From the NCBI RefSeq assembly GCF_006345805.1, contig NC_043013.1, positions 52,700,001 to 52,764,000 on the forward strand: a stretch of 64,000 nucleotides of DNA, in the 5' to 3' direction. The DNA comes from Octopus sinensis (Eukaryota). The number at the start of each line of letters is the position of its first letter. The first letter of the stretch is position 1. The position numbers and the translations under genes are program-made. The notes below the pieces were generated by a model. That model was not told where the DNA came from. It saw nothing but the letters and a program-made list of their open reading frames with translations, and ran no database searches. Positions 28,690 to 41,333 of the stretch are shown here, piece after piece.

Positions 28690-29200
28690 TATTTAGCCAC
28701 GTTTCGGGCAGTGGCTACTCATCAGACTCATCCGCGCATCAGAGGAAGCAGGTTTGGAATGATTCTCCTGGTCTTTGGAATTTGAATTGAAATCCCTGTG
28801 ACATCAACTTGGCTGTTTATCATTATCTTTCGTGCCTTAGCCTTGGTTCTTCCCCGGGATGTCTCCAGTGATCGGGTGATTGAGCACAGTCATCTGACCT
28901 TCCTGTGAGTTATTAATTTGCTCCATGTCTCCTTGGGTCTTACTGTCTTACTTCGGGCTTTTGGTGGTGTCCGTTGTATAGCTGTCTTGGGTGTTCCTTC
29001 TCCAGGCAGACGGAACCCATGATTTGCAAGTCGCAGTCTTGTTTCGGCACAGGTGGCGCATGTTCACTCTTTTCTAGACTTCAAAGCATGCAGTTCTGTC
29101 CCTGGAGATGCTCATGTATATTCTGCACAGGTGCCATTGCTAGAATGCATTCAGACTTTGTGTACCGATGTCAAGTACCACTGAACAACTACGACATATG
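28690..29200 (-). mobile_element. Probable degenerate Penelope-like 3' fragment with a decayed hammerhead motif
   Basis: The minus strand ends GAGT-CTGATGA-GTAGCCACTGCCC-GAAAC-GTGGCT (28696-28729). The upstream sequence is only weakly GIY-YIG-like. Confidence 0.45.
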
Positions 29201-29318
29201 ATTGACTAACGACTAACCCCTCTCTTCAAAAACTTATGTCCGTAACGCGAAATTAAAGACAACTGTTAAATTCTCTTTACGCTCTCAGTTCAAATTGTAC
29301 TGAGGTCGGTTCTGTCTC

Positions 29319-29352
<34 letters not shown>

Positions 29353-29360
29353 CTTTCGCA

Positions 29361-29760
29361 TTTTCTCTTTTTACTTGTTTCAGTCATTTTAACTGCGGCC
29401 ATGCCGGAGCACCACCTTTAATCGAGCAACTCGACCCCGGGACTTATTATTTGTAAGCCCAGTACTTATTCTATCGGTCTCTTTTGCCAAACCGCTAAGT
29501 GACGGGGACATAAACATACCAGCATCGGTTGTCAAGCAATGCTAGGAGAACAAACACAGACACACAAACATACATGCACATACATATATATACATATATA
29601 CGACGGGCTTCTTTCAGTTTCTGTCTACCAAATCCACTCACAAGGCTTTGGTCAGCCCTAGGCTATAGAAGAAGACACTTGCCCAAAGTGCCACACAGGG
29701 AACTGAACCCGGAACCATATGGTTGGTAAGCAAGCTACTTACCACACAGCCACTCCTGCG

Positions 29761-29761
<1 letters not shown>
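29361..29761 (-). mobile_element. SINE family 1
   Basis: Full reverse-complement match from head to tail. Confidence 0.88.
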
Positions 29762-29824
<63 letters not shown>

Positions 29825-29942
29825 GAGGGCATTATATACATACATGCCTCACGCTAAGAGGGACATCAGTCATTTCTACCAAAAATTTTACTAATCATAC
29901 CCAATGCAATTTTTCAAAGCAAGACATTTAAAAAATGAATTT

Positions 29943-30006
29943 AGTCTTGTATCACCTGTGATTTCGTACTTACCGCAGAATTGCGACCATACTCATCAGC
30001 AAGACT
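29943..30006 (-). ncRNA. Type I hammerhead ribozyme, inverted identical copy
   Basis: Exact reverse complement of 30622-30685. Confidence 0.88.
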
Positions 30007-30621
30007 GATTCTGAACATATCATAAATAAACGACCTGTACCGCCAAAGTCGAACAGCCATCTGCTCTACTCCAACGAAGCACATGGAGAAGTTTACATAT
30101 CATACATCCGGTAAATGGCGGGCTTCTTCGAATTGCATTTCGGATAGGAAAAGTTTTTTCGGAATAAAATTATTTAACAATTAAGGATACTTCTTAATAA
30201 GGAATCTTAAAAAGAAATTATCAGGTAGATAGCGTGAAAAACCTCATAAGAGAAAAATTTCGAAATACTTCTTTCTATTGAACATATTAATTTATATATA
30301 GTAAAATGTATAATAATGCCCTCTATATATAAATTAATATGTTCAATAAGAAAGAATTATTTTCGAAATTTTTTCTCTTATGAGGTTTTTCACGCTATCT
30401 ACCTGATAATTTCTTTTTAAGATTCCTTATTAAGAAGTTATCCTTAATTGTTAAATAATTTTATTCCGAAAAAACTTTTCCTATCCGAAATGCAATTCGA
30501 AGAAGCCCGCCATTTACCGGATGTATGATATGTAAACTTCTCCATGTGCTTCGTTGGAGTAGAGCAGATGGCTGTTCGACTTTGGCGGTACAGGTCGTTT
30601 ATTTATGATATGTTCAGAATC

Positions 30622-30685
30622 AGTCTTGCTGATGAGTATGGTCGCAATTCTGCGGTAAGTACGAAATCACAGGTGATACAAGACT
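30622..30685 (+). ncRNA. Canonical type I hammerhead ribozyme
   Basis: Stem I AGTCTTG/CAAGACT (7 bp); core CTGATGA (30629-30635); stem II GTAT/GTAC plus GTCGCA/TGCGGT with loop ATTC; GAAA (30663-30666); stem III ATCA-CAGG-TGAT; cleavage triplet AUA, predicted cut after 30678. Confidence 0.9.
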
Positions 30686-31004
30686 AAATTCATTTTTTAA
30701 ATGTCTTGCTTTGAAAAATTGCATTGGGTATGATTAGTAAAATTTTTGGTAGAAATGACTGATGTCCCTCTTAGCGTGAGGCATGTATGTATAATAATGC
30801 CCTCTATATATAAATTTATATGTTCAATAAGAAAGAATTATTTTCGAAATTTTTTCTTTCTGAGGTTTTCACGCTATCTACCTGATAATTTCTTGTTAAG
30901 ATTCCTTATTAAGAAGTTATCCTTAATTGTTAAATTATATATATATATATATATATTATATTTATGTGTCTGTGTGTGTATATATATATATATATATAAG
31001 AACG

Positions 31005-31178
31005 AGAGAAAGCTGTGGCAAGAGAGTTCAGCAGGGTCCCCCCCCGCCACTGCCGGAGTTTCGTGGAGCTTTAGGTATTTTCGCTCAATAAACACTCCCA
31101 ACGTCCAGATTGGGAATTGAAACCGCGATCCTACGCGTACGAGTTCGTTGCCCAAACGACTGCGACATTGCACCTCCA
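31005..31178 (-). mobile_element. tRNA-derived SINE (third family)
   Basis: The reverse complement reads GGAGGTGCAATGTCGCAGTCGTTTGGGC..GGATCGCGGTTTCAATTCCCAATC (A/B-box-like). Confidence 0.6.
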
Positions 31179-32120
31179 CTATATATATATGTGTGTATAT
31201 TATGTAAATATATATGTGTGTGTATGTATACTTATATATGTATATATATATATATGATACTTCCATATTTATCTTGGATTCGTTCCAACAGATTGAAATG
31301 CGAACATGTTTATTGCTGTTGTGTTTCTTCATCAGAGGACAACACGTTTTATATAAAAGCGACTTCGTGACACCTTCGACTCATTAGCGTAAATGGACTT
31401 TATGTCACTCAGTGCTTCGGCTTCGTTAGGCGGATTTGAACGTGAACACACTAATCGCTGTTGTCATAAGAGAACATCTCCTTTGAGAAAAATGTAGGTT
31501 CATTACACACCCTCTTCATTAAATGCTGATTCATATTCTAATGACGAAATAAGAAACTCAACTGATTGCCAATCTTCCTGGTTTCTAGACAATTTATATC
31601 AATGCTCTTGGAATAGTTTTGTAGGTAGAATAGTTTTGTAGGTGGAATAGTTTTGTAGGTAGAAAACTTTTATCTGCCTTTTCTTATTCCTTGGGCGCCA
31701 TCTTCGTTGTCATATTATTTCGCATATCTAAATTGCTGAGCATCGGGTCAATGCAACCTTTCTCCTTGTTGTTCTTCTCTGTAAGGTACAGAAGAATATA
31801 TTCTATGCGTTAGAAGTGACAGCGAAAAACTTCATCGTTTTTTTTTTTGTGGTTTAGGTAAAGATCAGGTCTGAAAGTATTCCAGGCGTGAACAACCTGG
31901 CTTATTCTAATTTCTAGTTACACTGTATTTAATATCGCATTAGCCAATCTACCTCTCTTTCTTTTAAAGGAACTAGATAGATTTTAGAGACATTTGACTG
32001 CCATTTTAGCAGCTCGAATTACCGCTTAGTGGTTCTCTAGGAAAGTTATAAAAAAGAAAATACATCACACAGCTGTTAGCATGCTCTTATGTACTTCCTC
32101 TCTCTCTCTCTCTGTCTCTG

Positions 32121-32185
<65 letters not shown>

Positions 32186-32709
32186 TGTGTTTTCTTTTTT
32201 ATGACAATCTGAATCATCTTTCCGCAATTCTCATGAAAGCAGATATTTTTCAGATTCTGAAGTACATCAGAAATCCAAGGGAACACGAGAACAATGGTAG
32301 GCACATACAATTTCCTAACAATGTTTCCCAACTTTATAATCGCAGAAATCCATAATATATGAAGTCCTCACATTATAGTCAGTCTCTGAAATATTAACGC
32401 AGAGCAGAAAAGAAACACATTCCCAAAGTTATCGATATGTGTGTGCGCAAGTTTATATGTGTGTGCGTGGTTATATGTATGTGTGAGTATTTATGTATTC
32501 ATAGATGTATATATTATATAAATACACATACTTATATGTGTATGTATATACATGTATATTTTTCGCTTTGTATTCAAAGATCTCTACGTTTCTTTTCGGG
32601 TACTTATGTGTGTGTGCAGGTATGTATATACGTGTGCGTGTGTCTCTGTGTGTAATGTATATATATATGCATATATATATGTATATATGTATGTATATAT
32701 ACATACATA

Positions 32710-32780
<71 letters not shown>

Positions 32781-33235
32781 GCATACATATGTGTACATAA
32801 TCATTCATATAAATCTATAAATATATGTATATATGTATATACAAATAGATACATATAAATAGGTGTATGTATATGTGTGTGTGTATGTATTCCTATCTAC
32901 GAATGTGAGATAACGCAAGAGAAAAATAAAGACTTTTTTTTCTTTTAAATATGAGAAAATATGTGGTTTACGATGTAAGACGAGTATAAATAAGAATGAT
33001 AAATATTCTATATCAAATAACTGTTTCCGGATTCCTTCTCTTCGATGTTGTGGTGTCATCAAAATATAAACTGCAACGGCAGCCATATTTGCAATTTAGT
33101 GAAACTACCCGAAGATATTAGGAAATGATTGTAATGATAAAACAACATAACGCACCCTATACGTATATACAAAAATACATGCATTATTTCTTGTATACTA
33201 CATGTGCATGGATACATATATATTTTGTAATATAT

Positions 33236-33278
<43 letters not shown>

Positions 33279-33672
33279 TATATATATTCATACTTACAAA
33301 GATGCTTAAATATATGTGTGTATGTATATATATATATATAATATATATATATATATTCATACTTACAAAGATGCTTAAATATATGTGTGTATGTATATAT
33401 ATATATATATTATATATTTATATGTGATTTATATGATATATGACATATATGATGTGTGTGTGTGTGTGTGTGCACGTGTTTTGCTGTATAACATTTTCTA
33501 TATACATTGTATACATATGCCAGTGTGTAAGGTTGTATACAAACCTATAATTTGTCATATTAAATTATATTGTGAACGAGTATATATTTGTTTTTATGCA
33601 CAAACACTCAAACAAATCATTTTCGCTCATATATATGTGTGTGTGTGTGTGTGTGTGTCTGTGTGTCTGTGC

Positions 33673-33715
<43 letters not shown>

Positions 33716-33859
33716 ATATATATGAGTGTGTGTGTGTGTGTGTGTATTAAAATAGATATGTGGATACGAGAAAGTTTGTGTATGTAGTATGTATTTCTGC
33801 ATGTTGTACGTTTAGAAGAACGTGCGAGCAGATACCAGAGGAGGAGAGAGTAAGAGAGG

Positions 33860-33901
<42 letters not shown>

Positions 33902-35398
33902 CAGGCAGACGGAAAGAGAGAAAGAGCAGAGAAAAAAAAATTTTTGTGTGTGCCAACATATACATATGCTGTATTCTCTCTACTATATATATTAATGTGC
34001 ACATCTACATTTATATATATATAGATATATATATAGAAAGAGAGAGAGAGAAAGAGAGAGAGAGACAGAGAGAGAGAGACAGAGAGAGAGAGAGACAGAG
34101 AGAGAGAGAGATAAATAGATAGATAGATAAATAGATGTGAATTCACATATACATTTATATATTCATTTATACATACATATATGCACGTGTACCTACATAC
34201 ATATATACACACACATTCATCGTAAAAAAAGCTGGGAAAATATATAGCATGGAGGAGGGGCAAAGAAGTGAGTTAGATATTTGGACAGCAAAGAAATAAA
34301 AACTACAAACAAACAATTTACATTTGATTTATGAGGTACAAAGAAAAGCATACATATGTATATGTTGTATATATGTGTATATAGGTGTGCGTGTGTGTAT
34401 GTGTGAATGTGTACGTGTATATATGTATACATACATACATGCATATATATATATATTTTATACATACATGTGTGAATCAAATCGATATGCCATTAAACAC
34501 ACACACATCTATATACACATGCAATTATATATATATACACACATATGTGTGTATATGTACGCATGTGCATATATATAAACATATATATACACATATATAT
34601 GTGTGTGTGTGTATATATATATATATATGTATAAACATGTGTGTGTGAGTGTGTGTGTGTGTGTGTGTGTTTATGTGTGTGTGAGTGTGTGTGTGTGTGT
34701 GTGTGTAATCGAATTTTTCGAAGACAACTTTCTTCAATATATTTAAAATTATTTTTCTATATTATTATGTATTTTTATTTTATTCTGTCAGAAAATATAT
34801 AAAAGCTACGTTGGTGAAAGTTGATATATATTTCTTATCTAGTATTAATAGGTCATTTTGTTATTTTCTTTGTATGTCTTTTTTTCTTATGTCAAACACA
34901 CTGAAATTCCGCTCTTTTAGAAGACGCATTAAGTTTACAAGTAATAGCGATATTTTAACATCAACAACTTCACATATCGCCGAATCTACAATGGTGTTAA
35001 CCATTAAGAGAACAGAACTCAGCGAGTTTTAAAATCTACTCGACCACCATCACCTGACACTAAGCACACGGCTCTAATGACAGAATATATACACCGCTCA
35101 ACGGGCATGACACAACGTGTGTTGTAGAAAGCCAACGGAACTTTTGAATCAATCGCAATAACACAGAAAACAACAGAAGACACCACGCGCACACACGCGC
35201 ACACACACACGTACACAAACACATGCATTAATACGACAACGCAAAACTGATGTAAACTTTGAAGAGAAATCGCTGTTCTGAAAAGACAAAGGCGTACTCA
35301 GTTCGAGTACAGGGTTGATCTCAGTCGTAAACTATCATGGAAACATACAAAGTTAGACGGTACCAATAATGATAATAATAATAATAATAAAAATAATG

Positions 35399-35465
<67 letters not shown>

Positions 35466-35466
35466 G

Positions 35467-35878
35467 TTGTTTGACCTTAACCAGTTGAGCATGTCCCTTA
35501 GTGGCTGACGATATGTGCATCTCTGATCACGAGCAAAAGTAGTGGGGGAGCATCATAGCCATGTGTTGAGAGGGATTCTTTGGAGTTTGAATAATTCACC
35601 TATGGAAACATGGGTGGTTCTTTCAACATCCTTAAACAACCCTTATTCAGGGACCTTTTGAGCGGGATGGGCTACTCAACCTGAAGAAATTTCTAACTGG
35701 GCCCCACCTGCAAGGTCATGCGCTGTTTACCTTGATATGAGATCACCATGTCACCCACATACAGTTGTGATGCATGTGCTTGGTGTACCTTTATCAGACG
35801 GGTAGTCATGATGGGTATATTGGGCTTCGTATATTTTACCCCAGTGTCACTTTGATGGCATGCACTGCTCTCTCACTC

Positions 35879-35879
<1 letters not shown>
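35467..35879 (+). repeat. Second copy of the ~400-bp repeat, flanked by (TAA)n on both sides
   Basis: Matches 8852-9243 and ends CTCTCTCACTC-(AAT)n. Confidence 0.75.
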
Positions 35880-35944
<65 letters not shown>

Positions 35945-35949
<5 letters not shown>

Positions 35950-36490
35950 GCTAAACAGAAAAGAAATAGACAAAGCAAAATCCCAACAATGGCTGAGATG
36001 CTCAGTACTCAAAGCAAAGACTGAAAGATTTTTAATTGCGGCACACAATATCAAAGCCTTCCCACCAGAAATCACCGAAAACACGTAATGAAAAGAAATA
36101 CAAGTAACTGCATAATATGTGGTGATGGAGAAGAAACAATAACTCATATTGTCTCTTGTTGCCTATTCCTGGCTAAGATGGAATATACGATAGATTTGGG
36201 ACTTATGTATAATGGAAGCTATGTCAACACTATGGAATAACAACATAAAAAGATGGCCAGAAAAGGCCACAGAGAATGAGAAAGCAACCATACCCTGGGA
36301 TATGCCAATGCACACAGATAGAGAAATTAAGGCCCATAAGCAGAAATCACCAGGACAGAATGCTTTCTAATCGATATATCAAAACTAACAGATGACAATG
36401 CTTATCTAAAAGAAAAGGAGAAACTTTCAAAATACAAAGATCTGGAAATAGAGGTAACTCGAATATGGTGTCTAAAACTGAATCAATTCC

Positions 36491-36495
<5 letters not shown>
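35945..36495 (+). mobile_element. Degenerate R4/Dong-like fragment (CCHC-RLE region) between (TAA)n tracts
   Basis: IDKAKSQQWL..TERFLIAA..CIICGDGEETITHIVSCC..KYKDLEIEVTRIW, homologous to the 19962-21431 ORF, with frameshifts and stops. Confidence 0.8.
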
Positions 36496-36539
<44 letters not shown>

Positions 36540-36548
36540 AAGGCCTGA

Positions 36549-37270
36549 AACTGCGGGGGAGGCGCTATCCGATTATATCAACCCCAGGGCGTAGTTGGCA
36601 CTTTATTGATCCAGAAAGGATAAAAAAAACCAAGTTCGACCTCCGTGGGACTTGAACTCAGGATGTAAAGCCGAACGAAACTCTTCTAAGCATTTCAGCG
36701 ACCTCACTCAAGATTCTGCGAGGTCCCTGACTGTAAAAGTAATAATACATTTAGTTTCCAGTAAAGTGACAGATGCGGGTACCATGACAAACCTATACAC
36801 AGAGTAGTTTTTTTCCTTTTTTTGTTCAGATTATTTTTAATAACATTAACAAAAATCATCCTCATCAGCATAGTCATGGTTACTACAATAATATAATTAG
36901 CTGTTGAGCTGGCGAGGTGACAGAAACGTTAGCACGCCGGGCGAAATACGTAGCCGTATTTCGTCTGCCGTTACGTTCTGAGTTCAAATTCCGCCGAGGT
37001 CGACTTTGCTCTTCATCCTTTCGGAGTCGATAAATTAAGTACCAGTTACACACTGGGGTCGATGTAATCGACTTAATCCGTTTGTCTGTCCTAGTTTGTC
37101 TTCTCTGTGTTTAGCTTCTTGTGGGCAATAGAGAAATAAGTAATGTTAGCACGCTGGGCGAAATGCTTAGCAATATTTAGTCTGAGTTCAAATTCCACCG
37201 AGGTTGACTTTGCCTTTCATACTTTTGGGGGGGTCGATAAATAAAGCACCAGTTGCGTATGGGATTGATC
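36549..37270. mobile_element. Cluster of SINE family 2 copies (36549-36730 minus; 36906-37140 and 37143-37270 plus)
   Basis: GTTAGCACGCCGGGCGAAAT..TCTGAGTTCAAATTCCGCCGAGGTCGACTTTG..; tail TTTGTCTTCTCTGTGTTTAGCTTCTTGTGGGCAATAGAGAAAT. Confidence 0.82.
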
Positions 37271-37552
37271 GAATCGAATGGCCCCCTCTTAGAGCAGAAG
37301 AGAATATAATTAGCTGTTGCTGCTGCTTTTGTTGCTGTTGTTGTTATTGTTATTATCATTATCATTATTATTATTATGATTATTATATTTGCACCATTTG
37401 CGCTTATCATTATCATTGTTATAATTAGTAATCATCATGATATTTTCATTAATGTTGTTATTGCTGTTGATACTGTCGGATTACTTCTTCTTCATCTTTT
37501 CCTTTTCCTCATCCTCCTCCTATTCTACCTCTTCTTCTTCTTCTTGTTATTC

Positions 37553-37589
<37 letters not shown>

Positions 37590-37846
37590 GAAATATCATA
37601 AATATCATTATCATTGTCATGTTTCTTGGAATTCATAATGATGTTGCTGTTATAATGGTTGCTTTTTTTCTGTTGATGATGATGTCAATGTAGAGTTTAA
37701 TGGCGTCTTTGATTTCTCTTAGATGTCGTTAAAGGAAATGCTAAAATAAAACGGTTTAATGTGCCAAAACCGAAAACACGATTTTCTTTGTTGCTTATAA
37801 ATAATAACGGGTTGGCATAGACACACACAGACACACATATATACTG

Positions 37847-37893
<47 letters not shown>

Positions 37894-38515
37894 CACATAC
37901 ATAGGAGAGAGAGTCAGACACGAAAAACTGATGCACGCCTAGACACATGCGCACACATATACACAACAGCGTAATATATACAGTCTAAGAAATGCGTATC
38001 TGTGTATGTGTGTGAGTATGTGTCATATGTTTTAATTAGCAAATTTGCGCGTGTGTGTGTGTGTGTGTGTGTGCCTGTGTGTGTCTGTGTGTGTGCGTGA
38101 TTGCGTGTGTATGTCTGTGTGTATGCGTGCGTGCATGAGTGTGTTTGTACGTATACATTTAGTTGGTTGTTAGTGTATATTTTGCACGTACAAAAACGGA
38201 CACGCACACATGAATCTGTATTTGAGCAGAATATATATATATCGACATACGTATATATGTATATGCGTGTGCGTGTGCACCTATGTATATATCTACGTAT
38301 ATATGTATGCATACATATATATATGTGTATACAAAATCAGAGCTATTAAATTAATTACAAGTATATATATATATATATATACATATATATACATGTATAT
38401 ATATACAATATGTACGTATATACATAAACATATCTATAATTATGTATATAAATATATATACTTATGTATGCATATGTATATACATACACACACACACATA
38501 CACACACACACACAT

Positions 38516-38588
<73 letters not shown>

Positions 38589-39299
38589 CGCAAATTGAGA
38601 AAAGGATTACATAGATGTGTGTGAAATGGTTTGAAAAATCTGGTAAACGTAACATGTACCTCTCTCTCACTCTCATCTGTATAAAAGTATATAAATACAT
38701 GTACATATTAAAGAGACCGAGAGAGAGTGAGAGTATGTGTTGTGTGTGTGTGTGTGGTGTGTGTGTGTGGTGTGTGTGTGTGTGTGTGTGTTGTGTGTAC
38801 GTACAAGAAACGAATTCTCAGCACCAATACAAAGATAAAACATGTTCCAAAACATACAAGTGAACATAAACACACGCATAAACACATACATTCTCACACA
38901 TACACACACTCGCATATCATCGCATACATCCAACCCATCCTAATCCAATCAATGTCATACACGCCGACTGACGTATCTGCGCGGTTATGTTTGATGCTTA
39001 TATTCCTGTGAGTTGTTCGAATAAAAATGTCAAAATAGTTTCAGTCTTGGAAATTGAACAAAAAGCAAAGAGAGATGAAAAAGAAAGATAGCTTTGCTTA
39101 TCATCAATATGTAAGTGTACGGCTGCAAGGCTTAAAGAGGGCAGATTTAATTTGGTGCACGTGTACGTAGCTGTAGGAAGAGACCATCCGACATTTTGCT
39201 GCATGCATATATAGGGTGCGGTGAATAAATTGTCGTCTAAATTGCACAAAAATGAAAATGACACTGACATCTCATTTTTACAGATATATTTCCCAAAAT

Positions 39300-40030
39300 T
39301 ACATAAAATTATCTTGAAATACTAAAAAGTAAATTTATGCAGTAAAATCGCCATTGCCTTCAACCACGGCCTCCAGACGACTTTGGAATCTCCTGCAACA
39401 CTTGTGGACGGACTCTTTGTTTAATTTGGTGAATGCTGCCTTAATCCTTGCCTTCAGTTCATCTTCGGTGTTACAAGAAGTTTTGTTGGTCTCTCGTTCA
39501 ACTGTGCCGCACACGTAGTAATCAAGGGTGTTGAATCTGGGAAGTTAGGTGCACAGATGTTAGGGGGTGAAGTGGTCGCAGAAATTCTCTGACAGCCGCG
39601 ACTGGTTTCTTCTGCTTGTGTGGCATCGTGCAGAGTTCTGTAGCCAGACATAGGGTCTTCCAGCAGCCACACACTAGACCCAGAGCAATACTACCTCATT
39701 TGATGTAGGTCTCCGTGTTGCGTCTGAGGCCGTGTGGGAAGATGAATGGAGGCATAACGTCGCCATCACTAGTGAAACCCTCTATGTACCATGATGTTGA
39801 CTGGATGTTTGAATTTTATCACTCGCGGTACATGTTTTGGAAGCACGGCAAGCTAACAGTTGTTCTGTTTCTTCACCATCTGCTCGTACTGGACTTTCCG
39901 GTGCGAATGCCAAGCAGTACAACATGGCGTTTCCAAATTTGTGGCAGAGGGAATTGCGTCATGGAGCTTTTTTTTTTCTCACAACGGTTCCCAACTGAAC
40001 CTACTACAACTGTATAGTCGACAAAACCCA
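39300..40030 (-). mobile_element. Degenerate Tc1/mariner (maT/DD37D-like) transposase remnant
   Basis: The reverse complement gives TSDGDVMPPFIFPHGLR..VAAGRPYVWLQNSARCHTS..PNFPD..DYYV, with frameshifts. The spacing from the decayed second D to the third D is about 37. Confidence 0.7.
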
Positions 40031-40128
40031 AAGCAAACAATGCGCATGCGTGAAATCAATAGTATAGAATGACAACAATTTACCCATTACTCCGTGTATA
40101 TATTGTGTATATGTATATTGTATATAAA

Positions 40129-40198
40129 TTTTTCAAATTAGCTACTTTGCTTGTGTGTGTATATATATATATATAATATATATATATAATATATATAT

Positions 40199-40263
<65 letters not shown>

Positions 40264-40393
40264 ATATATGTATGTATGTATGTATATATGTATCAGCAAA
40301 GTAGCTAGTTAGAAAAATGTCAATAAGAGATGACACTAAGAAGTAATATTTATCGCCATATCGCCATAAATTTTTCAAACTAGCTACTTTGCT

Positions 40394-40468
<75 letters not shown>

Positions 40469-40567
40469 ATATATGTATGTATGTATGTATATATGTATCA
40501 GCAAAGTAGCTAGTTAGAAAAATGTCAATAAGAGATGACACTAAGAAGTAATATTTATCGCCATATC
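40129..40567. repeat. Tandem duplication of a MITE-like unit with 23-bp TIRs enclosing a (TG)/(TA) microsatellite
   Basis: TTTTTCAAA(T/C)TAGCTACTTTGCT ... AGCAAAGTAGCTAGTTAGAAAAA at 40129-40317 and 40371-40522, each followed by the same ~45-bp flank. Confidence 0.8.
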
Positions 40568-40899
40568 AATAAGGCTGTTCAATGTTACAACCGCTTTAGT
40601 CCCAAAAAGATCGTCCGCCAACTGGTTACCGGTCCAAACTGCACTCTGTTCATATTATAAGCAGAGGAGTGAACCCGTACCATCCTCTAGTAGATCGAAC
40701 GGTTTCGGGCTACTTGTATCCATCTTTAGTCGTGAACATCCGACCGCTAAATGAACGCAGGGATTAGCTTCAGCTCGCAATATATGGGAAACTAAGCGAC
40801 CATCGGAAGATCCTCCGCTAGTGTGATGCCTGGGTTTTGAGTTGTTCGTTTTGCGGTGGAACTGACCATGTAATTCTGTGGAGTAGAAGTTCTTCTCTT

Positions 40900-41183
40900 T
40901 CGTTGGCTATTTGCTAATTCATTAGCACTCTCAACTCCATTGTTAGTAAATTCTGCTGCGTACGTTCGCCTTAGGGTGGAGAGCGACTTGCATCATCATT
41001 GACTTTCGAGTGGTGCGATCGAGTTGGTTAATCTCCGTTCATGTCCATTTCAGAAATGGGTACACCATAGCGAACTACTGCAACAGCTCATATCGTAACG
41101 GCAGTTACAAGGTTCCTTGCGTTGAATTTTGAATTCACGAGAAGTTTTTGACGCTTCGAATATGCAGTGGTGACTTTGTCTTT
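40900..41183 (-). mobile_element. Degenerate R4/Dong-like RT fragment ending at the assembly gap
   Basis: NSKFNARNLVTAVTI*AVAVVRYG and ALHPKANV are homologous to TELNARNRIEAINALAIPVVTYS and HHPKADT of the intact ORF. Confidence 0.6.
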
Positions 41184-41283
41184 NNNNNNNNNNNNNNNNN
41201 NNNNNNNNNNNNNNNNNNNNNNNNNNNNNNNNNNNNNNNNNNNNNNNNNNNNNNNNNNNNNNNNNNNNNNNNNNNNNNNNNNN
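41184..41283. other. Assembly gap (100 N)
   Basis: Run of N. Confidence 1.

Positions 41284-41333
<50 letters not shown>

Larger units (their letters stand above)
29813..30935. mobile_element. Retrozyme/pLTR-like 481-bp unit arranged as an inverted pair (arms ~29813-30301 and ~30323-30815) plus a partial direct repeat (30788-30935)
   Basis: The arms are near-identical reverse complements. TGTATAATAATGCCCTCTATATATAAAT recurs at 30307 and 30788 (period 481). Each arm carries a hammerhead. Confidence 0.75.

Noticed and set aside
28696-28729. Active hammerhead on the minus strand
   Set aside because: Position 17 is G (not H) and stems I and II are weak. It is reported only as a decayed motif.
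31315-31340. CTGATGAAGAAAC on the minus strand
   Set aside because: There is no stem II between the core halves, so it is a chance match.
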